In this document: one piece after another, positions 35,816-47,743 of the stretch | How the letters are laid out: the number at the start of each line of letters is the position of its first letter | Numbering within the stretch: position 1 is the first letter of the stretch | NCBI GenBank assembly: GCA_976551045.1 | Contig: CDPCPM010000164.1 | Coordinates: 3,348,001 to 3,412,000, forward strand | DNA: 64,000 nt | Source: Glaucostegus cemiculus | Taxonomy: Eukaryota | Reading direction: 5' to 3' | The notes under the pieces: model-generated | Seen by the model: the letters and a program-made list of their open reading frames with translations, nothing else | Told to the model about the DNA's origin: nothing | Database searches by the model: none | Program-made: the position numbers and the translations under genes

Positions 35816-36254
35816 AGGACTTTATTTAGTCAGAGTGCAAGGGTGAGAAATCCATTGTGTATCTTCTTAAAACATTTGTCTGATCAATGAAATATTGTGC
35901 CCAGATCTGGTGCCACATTTTAGGAAAGGTTTACAAAACTGATTCCAGGAGTGAGGGCCTGGTGAAGCTGGGTTTGTTTTTTTAAGAGGAGTTGAGACAA
36001 GGTCTGGCAGAGGTATTTAAAATCATGAACTGGATTACTCACACACATTGCTGGGCTGAACATCCTCCTTCCACCTTTCTGTTATTCTATTCAGATAGAT
36101 TGATGCCTCTGTAATTGATAGCTGGATTTTTAATGAGTGTGTTAAGCCACAAGAGGCTGGTGCATAAATTGCTCCAAGGTATTGGAGGAAGTAAGTTGAG
36201 CATGGATCGAAAAATGGCTGTCATATAGAAAATAGAGTTGGAATAAATGGGTAA

Positions 36255-36755
36255 AGAACTGAGGAACTGCAGATGCTGGAATCTAGATGGAAAAAGCGTG
36301 ATGCTGGAGGAACTCAGCAGGCCAGGCAGCATCCATGGAGAAAAGCAGGCGGTCAACGTTTCAGGTCAGGACTGAAGATAGGAAAAGGGGAAGCCCAATA
36401 TATAGGAGGGAAAAGCAGAGCAGTGATAGGTGGACAAAAGAGGGGAGGCAGAGTGGACACAGGGTGGTGATAGGTAGATACAGGTAAGAGATAGTGATAG
36501 GCAAGTGTGGGGAAGGATAGGGATAGAAAAAAAAAGGATTGGGAAGGAAAGAAGAGGAAAGGTTGGGGGGTGAAGGGGTGTGGGAATTAAAGTGGGAGAA
36601 TTCAGTGTTCATACTGTTAGGCTGTAAAGTTCCAAGACAGAAAATGAGGTGCTGTTCCTCCAGTTTGCGCTTGGAATTCTGGCAGTGGAGGAAGCCAAGG
36701 ACCGACACATCTGTGATAATATGGGAGAGGGAGTTGAAGTGACTAGCAAATGGGT
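36255..36755 (-). mobile_element. Penelope-like 3' fragment, same subfamily as 51380-51935
   Basis: Minus ORF SVLGFLHCQNSKRKLEEQHLIFCLGTLQPNSMNTEFSHFN; its tail is closely colinear with the plus-strand copy near 51.4-51.9 kb. Confidence 0.85.
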
Positions 36756-36759
36756 GATT

Positions 36760-37430
36760 GTCAGGTTGGAATTCAAATAACTAGTGGAGTACCCCAGGGA
36801 TCAGTAGTTAAAAAGGCAAACAGCATATTGGCCTATATTGATTGCAAAGGGGTTGGAGTTTAAGAATAGGGAGGTTTTGTTACAGTTGTACAGTGTTGGT
36901 GAGGCCACATCTGGAATATGGTGTGGAGTTTTGGTCTCCTTATCTAAAAAATAGTAGCGTTGGAGGCAGTCTAGAGAAGATTCACTGGGCTAACATCTGG
37001 GAATGAGAGGGTTGTCTTATCAGGAGAAGCTAGACAGTTTGAAGTTCAGAAGAATGAAGCCTGACCTTATTCAGACAGATAACATCCTAAGGGGGCATTA
37101 TAGGATACATGTTTTCACTAGTGGGAGTCATGGACAAGGGGACATAGCTACAATAAAAGGGGCCAGTCATTTAAAACTGAGGTGCATTGGAATTTCTTCT
37201 GAGGGTAGTGAATCTCTTGTATTCTCTACCCTTGAGGGTGGTGGAGACCAGATTGTTACATATACTTAAGATGGAGATAGATGCATATTTGAAATATTGA
37301 GGAACTGAGGCTTATGGAACTGGTACGAAGAAGAGTTGGGGCCAGAATGGATCAGCTATGATCATATAGAATGGTGGGACAGGCTTGAGAGACCTGGTGG
37401 CCTACTCCTGCTCCTATTTTCTTGTGTTGT
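36760..37430 (+). mobile_element. CR1 RT/3' fragment
   Basis: SGVPQGSV, VKKANSILAYI, VRPHLEYGVEFWSP motifs and tail ggcctactcctgctcctattttcttgtgtt. Confidence 0.8.
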
Positions 37431-37905
37431 GTATACTAGCCTCCACACAGTAATTGTAATTTCATTGGAACATCAAATTGTCATGTGGTTAAGAAAGCAC
37501 CAACACTAACCATTAATTCTTCCAGACAAAATATTTGTTGTGCATTTTAGATTTTACAGCATTTGGTTTATGTTTTACCTTTGGAAATTAAAGGATAAAG
37601 GTAAAAGTGATTCAAGGAGAGTAAAAGCCCTTTTATACTAGTTTAAATTGTCCATTTTTAATTGTGGATCACATTTCTTTAAAGCCCTTTGTCACTGCAA
37701 CTGCAATTTACAAATAAGAACCTGTGCTCTCACCCATCTAAATAAGTAAATCCTTTTGCCTTTTTTGTCTTGGACTATTGTAATGAAGAAAATTCTACAT
37801 TTTCTCTGAGAAGCTGACATTTAGCTGTGAAACGGGAACCCTACTATTGTGTCAGACACTTGGCAGTGCTTACATCATGTGTAAATGATCACTGATGTAA
37901 AAGTC

Positions 37906-39317
37906 TTCCAATTAACTTGGTATTTATTTTACATGCCAATCTGTTGTGAAAATCTTTTTGGTAAACTTTAGGTTTCTTTCCAGTTTCACACAAGGTTCCT
38001 GGAGTCCTCACAGACTCTTTCCTTTCTTTACTTCTGCTTTTGCCAATTTATATATACCTGTAAGTAAATTTCAATGCAGCGCCATGAGGCTAATTCTTTT
38101 TGGAAAATAACAGGTTATCTTAAATCAGGTTTTTTTTCCAAGATGAGACTGAATTAAAAAGACTAACTTGGATATTATTACAAATGAAGCTTCAATGATA
38201 AAGGCTATGATATCAGTGTTATTACCAAACTGGATGGAAAAAACTCTAGTATTAAGATAAAAACCTTGGGAGAACTTCATTCAAATTGTAGATAAAAAAT
38301 ATTTTTTGTTGCTTTTCTTTATACATTTTTTTTAAAACTATCTTTACTAAATGCACAAAGTGCAATTTCATTCATGCAAATGTTAAGGAGCACCTGGGCA
38401 TGCAGACAGAAATGATGAAAGCTGGAAATGTTACTCATACAGATTGTGGGGCAACAATCAACATGCTGGAGGAATGCTGTGGGTTTATACAGACTGCAGA
38501 TCTGTTGAGTTTTCCTGTAAGTCTCAGGAAATTTGCCCTTAGCCTTCCTATTTTCAGTAAATAAAATGTCTAATGTTGATGGTTGGCTAGCCTACAAAGC
38601 TTCAAGAGATGGATGCTGCAGTAATTGTGAAATATCTACACTGTACCTTTCCCAGCTGTGTTATTAAACCTCTGAATGTCCTTGAATTTTCTTATCTTGG
38701 GACCTTTTCACTTGGCGTTAGTTTCATGATCATAATACATTTCTTTACAAGTACTTAGAATCCTGTCAAAGACTTTATATCAGCATGCAACTTAAACCAC
38801 GTTGTCTTGGTGAAGCAGCTAGCACAATCAAAGACCCCACCCACCCAGGACATTCTCTCTTCTCTCCTCTTCCATCGGGTAGAAGATACAGGAGCCTGAG
38901 GGCATGTACCACCAGACTTGGACAGCTTCTACCCCCCTGTGATAAGACTATTGAATGGTTCCCTCAGACAATGAGATGGACTATGACCTCACAATCTACA
39001 TTGTTGTGACCTTACAGCTGTGACACTTTACTCTTATTGTTTTTACCTGTACTGCATCAATGCACTCTGTACTAACTCAGGGTAACTGCGCTGTGTAATG
39101 AATTGATCTATACGATTGGTATGCAAGACAAGTTTTTCACTGTACCTTGGTACATGTGACAATAATAAAGCAATACCAAAGAAAAGGCATCACTGTGTCA
39201 AAGACATATTTGACATTTCATTAATTCAGCAGTAAGACAATTACTAATGTAATGGCATTCCAATTAACTAGGTGTTTATTTTAAATGCCAATCTGTTGTG
39301 AATCTTTCTTTGGTAAA
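37906..39317 (+). repeat. ~60 bp imperfect direct repeat pair (37906-37965 and 39258-39317), weaker similarity upstream
   Basis: Both copies read ttccaattaact.ggt.tttatttta.atgccaatctgttgtgaa...t.tttggtaaa. Confidence 0.85.
38800..39178 (+). mobile_element. Rex1/Babar LINE 3' fragment
   Basis: CLGEAASTIKDPTHPGHSLFSPLPSGRRYRSLRACTTRL; tail ttttcactgtaccttggtacatgtgacaataataaa. Confidence 0.88.
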
Positions 39318-39660
39318 GATATATATTTTAATTAGCTGAAAATAGTATTCTAAATTGGAGTTTTCTTATTAAATTTGCATGCACCCTGATATTTAATCCA
39401 TCTTCATTGCTGATTCACATTTTACTGAGCTCTCAATGACTGAATTACCTCTGTTGCATTTTTAATTAAGTAACCATTCACTATATCAGGACAGTCAGTT
39501 AGAACCTAATTATGTTGTACAAAATTTGAACAAAGGGCTATTTACAAAACAATTATTAGTCACACTGATTCTTTTTCAGTTATTGAAACAAAACTGAAGC
39601 TTGCAAAAAGTGACAATAAATAAGTAGTACCTGAATTCTGGGCTACATTCTTTACTCATG

Positions 39661-39846
39661 GACACACGAGACTGCAGATACTGGAATTTGGAGCTAAAAT
39701 CAAACTGCTTGAACTCAGCAGGTGAAGCAGCATCTGGTGGAATCCAAGGGATGATCAACATTTCAAGTCAGCCCAAAATGTTGACCATTCCTTTGCCTCC
39801 CTAGATGCTGCTTGACCTGCTAAGTTCCTCCAGCAGTTTGTTGTTT
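39661..39846. mobile_element. Palindromic Penelope-derived element with ~14-bp TSD
   Basis: Inverted arms; flanks attctttactcatg (39647-39660) and attcctttattcatg (39847-39861). Confidence 0.8.
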
Positions 39847-40024
39847 ATTCCTTTATTCATGACAGCCACCTGACAGTCCAACATACCATCACAGCAATCT
39901 CAAGTCACAGGTTTGATTCAAGACAGTTTTGCTATGACCTCAACCAATGTTATTGTAGTTCTTTTCATCCATGTATAAACTTTATTCTTTAACAATTAAG
40001 TGAAAATCCCACATGGTTTCTGGT

Positions 40025-40408
40025 CTACAGCGGATGCCATCTCCCTGGCCCTATACTCTGCTCTGGAGCATCTGGACAGTAAAGACATCTATGTTAGACT
40101 GTTGTTTATTGACTACAGCTCTGCCTTCAATACAATAATCCCAAGCAAACTTGTCACCAAACTCTAAGACCTAAGACTCAACACCTCCCTCTGTAACTGG
40201 ATCCTTGACTTTCTAACCAGTAGACTGCAATCAATAGGCAGCAATACCTCCGGCACAATTATTCTCAACACTGGTGCCCCATAATGCTGTGTCCTCAGCC
40301 CTCTAACTCCATCTAACTGCACTGTGTAATGAATTGACCTGTCTGATCGGTATACAAGAGAAGTTTTTCACTGTACCTTGTACAAGTGACAATAACAAAC
40401 CAATACCA
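40025..40408 (+). mobile_element. Rex1/Babar RT fragment joined directly to the 3' tail (internal deletion)
   Basis: [44 protein letters not shown]...[10 protein letters not shown]...NTGAP*CCVLSPL, immediately followed by the Rex tail. Confidence 0.85.
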
Positions 40409-41339
40409 AAGTCATGGTTCTTAACTTATAGTATGTATGTAACTAGAGGATAGAAAACAATACTCAAACAGAATTCAAAAGAACTGTTAAAGTGCTATCA
40501 TGAACCAAAGGATCAAACAAACATTTACAGATGCAATCCTAACTTCATACTGTACCTTCTACAACAGGCATTCTTAACATATTACCTTTAATAGTGGATG
40601 TCCACTATGCATTTCAACAATGTATTATTTCCATAGCTAGGTATCATTTGATAAGCTGCCAGCATTCACTGAACTTCCACAGGCAACTTAGATGTGCTAA
40701 CCAGGCAAGGGATGTGGTGGTCAGAGAAGTAATCTGGTAACTCCTTCAATGGAGTCAAACCAGCTTGCTGAATTAGTGGTAATTAGGTGGGGGTGAGGGC
40801 AAGAATGAGTGGTAGGCTGGAAAATTTCTATGGGGCTCTGACTCAGGTTGAAAAGATAACAAACAGCCTGGTTAAGCTTGAGAAGATAATCCAGAGGGGT
40901 TGTAACCAGTGGTAGGGGTCTGGTGCTTTTAATGGTTCTTGGTTTTTCAGACATTTCCAACATCCAGTTCCATATTGTCTCCTTGACTGAACCATTTCCT
41001 CCCTCCCCAATCCCCATCACCTCCAATGCACGTCAACTGGTCCTATCCAATATCTTCTTGACTGGCCCCCACTGAACCTATTCCTGCTGATCAACTCTCT
41101 CTTCTCGTTCCTATGACAGGTTGCCCTAGTCACTCCAGAACCACACAATGCTCCCTCTTTGCTTTGTGGAGCTAATTTATAGAAGGAATTCCTTCATGCA
41201 GAAGATGGTTCTATTAATACTTGATGCCTTCTCCCTAAACAAAACTGGCATGAACCCACATGCACAGCAACACTTTAATGCACATCTGAAATGCTTTGTA
41301 ATTTCTAGCTCCATCTGCTTTACTTTTTTTTAGACTAAG

Positions 41340-41952
41340 TCTTCATTAGTCAGGGTATTGAGTTTAAGAGCCACAAGGTAATGTTACAGCTCTACAGAAC
41401 TCTGGTTAGACCACACCTGGAGTATTGTGTTCAGTTCTGGTTGCCTCATTATAGGAATGATGTGGAAGCTTTAGAGAGGGTGCAGAGGAGATTTACCAGG
41501 ATGCTCCCTGGATTGGAGAGCATATCTTATGTGGATTGGTTGAGTGACCTAGGGCTCTTCTCTTTGGAGAGAAGGAAGATGAGAGGTGACTTGATAGAGG
41601 TGTACAAGATGATGAGGCATTGATCAAGTAGACAGTCAGAGACATTTTTCCCAGGACAAAAATGGCTAATACGAGGGGGCATAATTTTAAAGTTGGAGAA
41701 AGGTATAAGGGGATGTCAGGGGTAAGCTTTTTTTTTTACACAGAATGGTGGGTGTGTGGAATGCACTGCCGGCAGAGGTTATGGGGGCAGATACATTAGG
41801 GACATTTAACAGACGCTTAGCTAGGCACATGGAGGATGGAAAAATGGAGGGCTATGTGGGTGGGAAGGGTTAGATAGATATTAGAGCAGGGTAAAAAGTT
41901 GGTACAACATTGTGGGCTTAAGGGCCTGTACTATGCTATAATATTCTATGTT
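41340..41952 (+). mobile_element. CR1 3' fragment
   Basis: MLQLYRTLVRPHLEYCVQFWLPHYRNDVEALERVQRRFTRMLPG...GDLIEVYKMMR plus tail. Confidence 0.9.
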
Positions 41953-43309
41953 AATAAACTCTTACAAATTACAAGCTGTGTTGACTCCACAAAACTGTCG
42001 CTAGAAAGCCATAACATACACTTTGTTATTGTTGGGTTCAGAGGAAAAAAATCTTAAATACTTAATACCTTTTTTTCTGAATTAAATGATATTCCTGTGT
42101 TTTAATTATTGTATTAATTGAAACTGTTCAAGTTAATTGGAACTTTAAATACAAAATTCCCTGTTCCAACAGAAGGGATCTGCATTATCTATACTTCTAA
42201 TTGTGCTTACAATTCTCAGTTATCCAAGAATTTTCACAGGAACAGTGGGTTTGAGTTTTCCCAGTAGACTGATGTAAGTGAACGAGGTGACATCAGCTAA
42301 GAATCACAGTGGTAGGAGTTGGGCTGCCATAAATATTTATTCTCCAAATGATCAGATTAAATGCTTCATGGCAATGGTCCTCCAGCTATGCAGATCAGCT
42401 GTTCCTGCAGCAAGTGCAAGATGCACATTAACCTCATTGCAACCACTGATACAAGACCTGGCACAAACTCAAAAACTAGCCATAAACGTTGGCACCTCTC
42501 TGGAGATTGGCATTCAAAAAGCTGTAGATGGAACTGCCAGAGAAGAGCATTACTGATAACCCATTGATGCTGGGAGGCTGCAGTTATTGAACTGGAGTGC
42601 TTTCATAAGTCTATAATGAAGTCAGACAACTGGAGTCACACAGAGGTGACTGATTAGCTGTATCAGTTGGTGGATCAAGTGGTGGGCCATCAGTCAATAT
42701 TACTGACAGATGCAACACAGACTGGAGGTAAGGCATTCAAAATTCAGGACAATCAGCTGGTTAATTAGGGTGCTTCTGACCTGCCAATTTCCATTACCTT
42801 CCACATGGGCCCTCTGGAACATGGCCAAAATTTGTCCCTGAATATTATAAGAGAAACAGAAACTGGAATGTTTGCCATTGCTTTTCAGTCTTCCCTTTGT
42901 GATTGTGTTTTATGTTTTCAAGCTCACATAACATTAATGTAGTGTGGCAGAACGACAGAATGCTGTTATCTTTTAACTGAGTTATTTTTCACTTCCTTTA
43001 GAAAGGTAAAATTCAATACTAATTTAAACCAAACAGGATCAATGCCTTTCAGTTGTTCGCAGGAATGCAAAAATAAGAGGCAAAATAAGCAGTGCAGTCA
43101 TTTAAAAAGAAAAGAAAAACATACCAGTGGTCAAAAGAAAACAAATCCAGGATCTAGAAATGGTCAATTATGTATAAAGAGGTGTCAAAGTGTTGCTGTC
43201 CAAGAAACTCATGCAAGGTACCCTCAGCAGCAGAATTCTATTCTACCAATTATGCCTTTGTAGAATGGATCAGAGGTATAAAGTCATGATTGGGAGGGAG
43301 TGGAGAGAG

Positions 43310-43530
43310 ATAGAGTCATACAGCACAGAAACAGGCCCTTCGGCCCAACCAGTCCATGCCAGTCCCATTTCCCCTCGTTTGGCCCATGTCCTTCTAAACC
43401 CTTCCTATCCATGTACCTGTTTTACATGTTGTTAATGTACCTGCCTCAACCACTTCCACTAGCAGCTCATTCCATCTACTGACCACTGTCTGGATGAAAA
43501 AGGTGCCCCTCAGGTTCCTATTAAATCTCT
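43310..43530 (-). mobile_element. Short CR1 3' tail fragment
   Basis: tagagtcatacagcacagaaacaggcccttcggcccaac... matches the other CR1 tails. Confidence 0.8.
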
Positions 43531-45729
43531 AGGGTTGAGTGGTTGAGAATAGGGAGGAGCAGGGGATCGGTAGAGAGGATTGTGCCAGAGTTGGAGAAGT
43601 TGGGGTAGACTAGACAGAGGAACCGGCTGGGATTGGTTGAAGGAGGCATGAGTTTGGTGATCAGATTGGAAATGGTCAAAGTTTGGGGAAAGGCAGAAAT
43701 GTTGTGAGATGATCAGAGCTGATCAAGGGATGATTGGGCAAAGATCAAACCTCTGAGGAAATGACAGTGAGGCAATAGACTGGGAACTTACACAAAGAGA
43801 ACCTCCTAGCAATATGGTGCAAGTCTCAAACTCCTGGCAGTGGTCAGGTAAGGTCTGGCCCTCTTTAGTTAATGTCAAAGCAGGGCTCAAACTTCCAATT
43901 AATACTAGCTTCAGTGCCCTACACCCACACCATTTGCAGGCCATATATTGTAAGTACAGAAGAGTTTGTGGAGGTGATGTTAAAACGTTCAATGAATACA
44001 ATTCAATGTGACTGTGCATCAAACGTTGGAGGTTTTGGAGTAAGTTTACAGAAGTGTAGAATAGGCACAACATTCCTGAGTACATTTAGCTAGTGGTTTC
44101 ATGATAAAATCTATTCATGTCACATACATGAATAATGAGTTGCATAAGGGAATTTCCAGGCCTAGGTTTATTTATTCCTTGAATGTTATGAGCAACCAAA
44201 GTCTCCTTTGCAAAATAGGTCAGCGTTTGGCTAGTTCTAAACACAGTACAACCAATTTCATTAAAAATAATTGTGTTCAATCTGGGACTGCAACAATTTG
44301 AAAAACTTATTCCACTTCATGTTTTCTTGCACAACTGCATAATATGAAGGAACAAAATTAATGAGCAAGAGGTTCTGGAACTTGCTTTAAATGCCTGATG
44401 GCAGTTTGTTCATTTTAATTCTCCTAATACAACAAAACTCAAAACTTCAGATAAAGATTAATAATTTCATTGCTTCTTGGTGGCACAGATCTTCGGCTGA
44501 CTGGCAAGCTGCCCAAGCTTACTAATTGTCTGCCCTTACCTGGGAAGCTGGCTCCCAGCTGATCAGTGAGGTGGCTGCTTTTAGACCTGCTTAAGCCCTG
44601 CCCCAGGCTTTCTGGTTGCCAAATCCACCAAAGAGATTGGACGCTGATTAAATTTGAATCAAATACATTCCAAAATTAAAAGTATTATGCCATTTTGAAA
44701 ATTAAATAAAAATATTTAATTGTTAAAAAAAAAACTTGGAAATTTTAAAACATTCAAGTGACCAATATTCCAAAGAAAACAACCACCACTACATTTAAAC
44801 CAGCTTGGTTAAATAACAACATGGAAAATGACCTTGTACTCATCCTTCTGTCCACTGCCATTTCATCCAGAGGAAATGAAAGGGCTCTGCAGGACTTGCA
44901 CAGGTTCATTGGATGTCCTGGGAAATGTGCCAGGAAATCTATTGGAAGTTTATGCTCTTCTGCTAGAATCCACGAGGAGTCCAATGGCAGAATGCAGTTG
45001 TACTGGGATCTGCAATCATCTGAGTAAAAGCTTGGGACTTCTTAATTCATTTGGGAGTCCTTTAATTTCTGCCCGTTTCAAAGCAGAACTACCAGCTTTT
45101 AATTGCAAAATTGAGATCATTCTGTTCCTTCAGTCTTAACTCAATACCATCTTGATTAATGTTGGAAAGATCATTTTACTTGGTTGTATCCATTATCTAA
45201 TCACATTGTCATCGGTTAAAAATTGGCCAAAAATTATGGTGACATCAAGGTCAAGACTAAATTAGAATTAAGTCCTTTTTTGGTAAAACATTGTTTGGGA
45301 TAAATTGTTGCTATGTTTGATAATGTAAAACCTGTTTTACATTACTTTAGAGTTTTATTTCTATTGCGCCCAATTGGAAAGAATTTGAATTTGCAGTTTT
45401 GTGACATCTTTGATGAAAAATGAATTGCAAAGAACAATTCAAATCAGGACAAGGTTTAAAATGGAAGAGTTATATAATGTTTTCCAGTTAAATGATGATG
45501 CTACAAACAAGGTTAATATTTTACACTAAGCTATTCATCTTTTAACACATCAACACATGCAAAATGTGTTTCTACTGTAGGACTATAGATTCTATGAACT
45601 TTTTAGTGATTTATTTTATCAACACAATTGTAGACAGGCATTATCAATCTCTTAAAGAACAGTCCAATAGACTTAAAGGTTTAGTTTATCTCTATGCAGA
45701 GAAGCAGAACTGTTCAATAACTGTTTTAC

Positions 45730-45830
45730 CTTAAGGGTTTCACTGACCGACGCAGCCCCTCCTGGGAAAATCTTCTCGATTTTCACCATGGGTTGTACTT
45801 TAGACTCAATGCCACCTGAAATGCTGATTC
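45730..45830 (-). CDS. PDZD7: PDZD7 exon, PDZ3 core, phase 1-0
   Basis: AG/GT bounded. Translates [34 protein letters not shown], nearly identical to the human PDZD7 PDZ3 segment. Confidence 0.97.
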
Positions 45831-46079
45831 CTAAAATTAAAAGTCAAAACAGAAGAACTGTTTTAAATTGTAAATGTTGTACTCATGAAAATAAGCAAAA
45901 TAGCTGAAAGTTCCAAGCTCTGAAATGGGCTAATCAGACCACAAATGAATTTGAACTGTAATAACCTCATTCACTTGTATTCTCTCAGGTCCGAAGCAGA
46001 ACCTTTCCAAAGAAATAGAACGACAAACAAAGGGTTTTGCAGGAGTCAGAAAGAAATAAAAGTAAAACAACAGTCAACC

Positions 46080-46420
46080 TTTTAATAGGGCTAGACAAAG
46101 AATGTGGGAGGGATGTTTCCCCTGGCTGGGGTGTGTAGAACAATGGATCACAGTGTCAGCTTACAGGGCAAGAAATTTAGGACTGAGATGAAAAGAAATT
46201 TCTTCACTCAAGGTACGGTGAAATAGTGGAATTCACAACCACTGAGGGAAAGTTGGAGAATATTTTCAAAGGAGATATTTAGATTTCTGGAGGCAAAAGG
46301 CATCAAGGCGAAGAGCATCAGACTACTATTATTGAGATAGGTGAACATCCAGGATCATAATGAAGGGCAGGGTGGGCTTGAAGGGCTGAATGGCCTATGC
46401 TTGCTTTATTTTCTGTTTCT
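46080..46420 (+). mobile_element. CR1 3' fragment
   Basis: RMFPLAG..TMDHS...KFRTEMKRNFFTQ plus tail gggctgaatggcctat. Confidence 0.75.
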
Positions 46421-47375
46421 ATGTCATTATCCACAGAAAAATTGAATACCACAGTAATTATATTTGCTTTCTTAGACCTTCACACTTCTCATTCATCTCC
46501 CTAAATGCACACAGTCAATAACAGAGAGGACAGGTTGACATTTGGATCACAGATGCTGCATCAAAATTCTTTCCAGTACATTAGGGGAGAGACCATACCT
46601 GCTGAGATGTGGGGCCATATCTTCTTGTAAAGATATCTAAAGAGGATGTGTGTTTAACTTCATAGAAATAAATAGTTCATGGTGTTGAGTAGCTGGTACT
46701 TGTTACACCTCTCAGAATACATTGGGCAAGTAATTAAAAATTAAATCTGCTAATAACTTAAGTATGTTAATGCCCCCAGTAAAATGCATTGTGTACAGAA
46801 ATTGCCAGAACTAATTTATTGATGTTTTAAAACTAGCCATGTCACTGAAAAATGCCTTCACGAAGAAAAGGGCAGAATGATCATTGCCTCTGTTTCAAAA
46901 CTTATTAATCTATATTTTATTAATTTATAATTTAGCACATTGAAGTGTCATAGAGCAAAGGAGCCTGCTCTTGCTTTTCCTTTTTATTTAGCCAAGGTCA
47001 ACGGTCATTGCCAGACGTGATACTTGTCAATCAAGTGGAAACTCTAGAGGACAAAAATAATCACTGCGCAGAAATGAACAGCTGTTTACTTTTGTTCAGC
47101 AAGCGCCCTTAAAATAACTGAAATAAGAGCTTCTTCATTTCTGTTTGGAGGTTCAGCAGGCTTATGAACAGTGAGGTGTGGGTCTAGGTTATATGCCTAA
47201 GAAGACCCCAGAATTGAATTCCATTGAGGTAACGGTGCATTACATTTAGATCTGGTACTACCCAGAATAAGGAAGAACAAATAAAATTGTGTGGTGTATG
47301 TTGGTAGATGTGTGCATATTGATGAGTGTAGTATGGTGTGTATGTGTGTGCAATGCAAGTGTACACATCTATATT

Positions 47376-47525
47376 CATCTGGATCCTCTGGACAGAGGGT
47401 CCAGATGAAAGGTCTCAACCTGCAACATTGACTATCCATTTCCCTCCATAGATGCTACCTGACCCATTGAGTTCCTCCACCGGCACTTATGTTGCTCCAG
47501 ATTCAAGCAACTGCAGTCTCTTTTC
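47376..47525 (+). mobile_element. Penelope-derived short element with a small 5' hairpin and TSD
   Basis: catctggatcctct...agagggtccagatg hairpin followed by a hammerhead remnant; TSD tgtacacatctatatt (47360-47375) / tgtacacctatatt (47526-47539). Confidence 0.8.
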
Positions 47526-47743
47526 TGTACACCTATATTTTGTACCATTGAATTCTGCCCTATACCCCACAAGTATTTGGTGAAGGCATGCGCCAGGAGT
47601 GGACAATTGGGTACACCAATGTTTGTGGAATGACACGTTGTCAAGTGCCTCCAGTGGAAAAATGATTAAAATACAAAACATAGGAGAGAATGAACGAAGA
47701 ATTATTTTATCAATTTCTGGATTATGCAAGGTGAAATCCATAC

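Larger units (their letters stand above)
31940..36030 (+). mobile_element. Decayed near-full-length CR1 LINE (5' tandem repeats, ORF1 zinc-finger/esterase, ORF2 EN and RT remnants) with nested insertions
   Basis: In order: ATG at 32199 with IECTSYPMWEL...GC*KCHHLENFEHWV (zf/lz); LSNQY; LLPV; GLHLNRAG (SGNH esterase); VLNIPGYKV...KDREG (APE endonuclease); V..VYM..QK; GVLQGS..G.LL; SK..DSKLGG; WQMKFNAERCEVLHFG. Confidence 0.8.
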
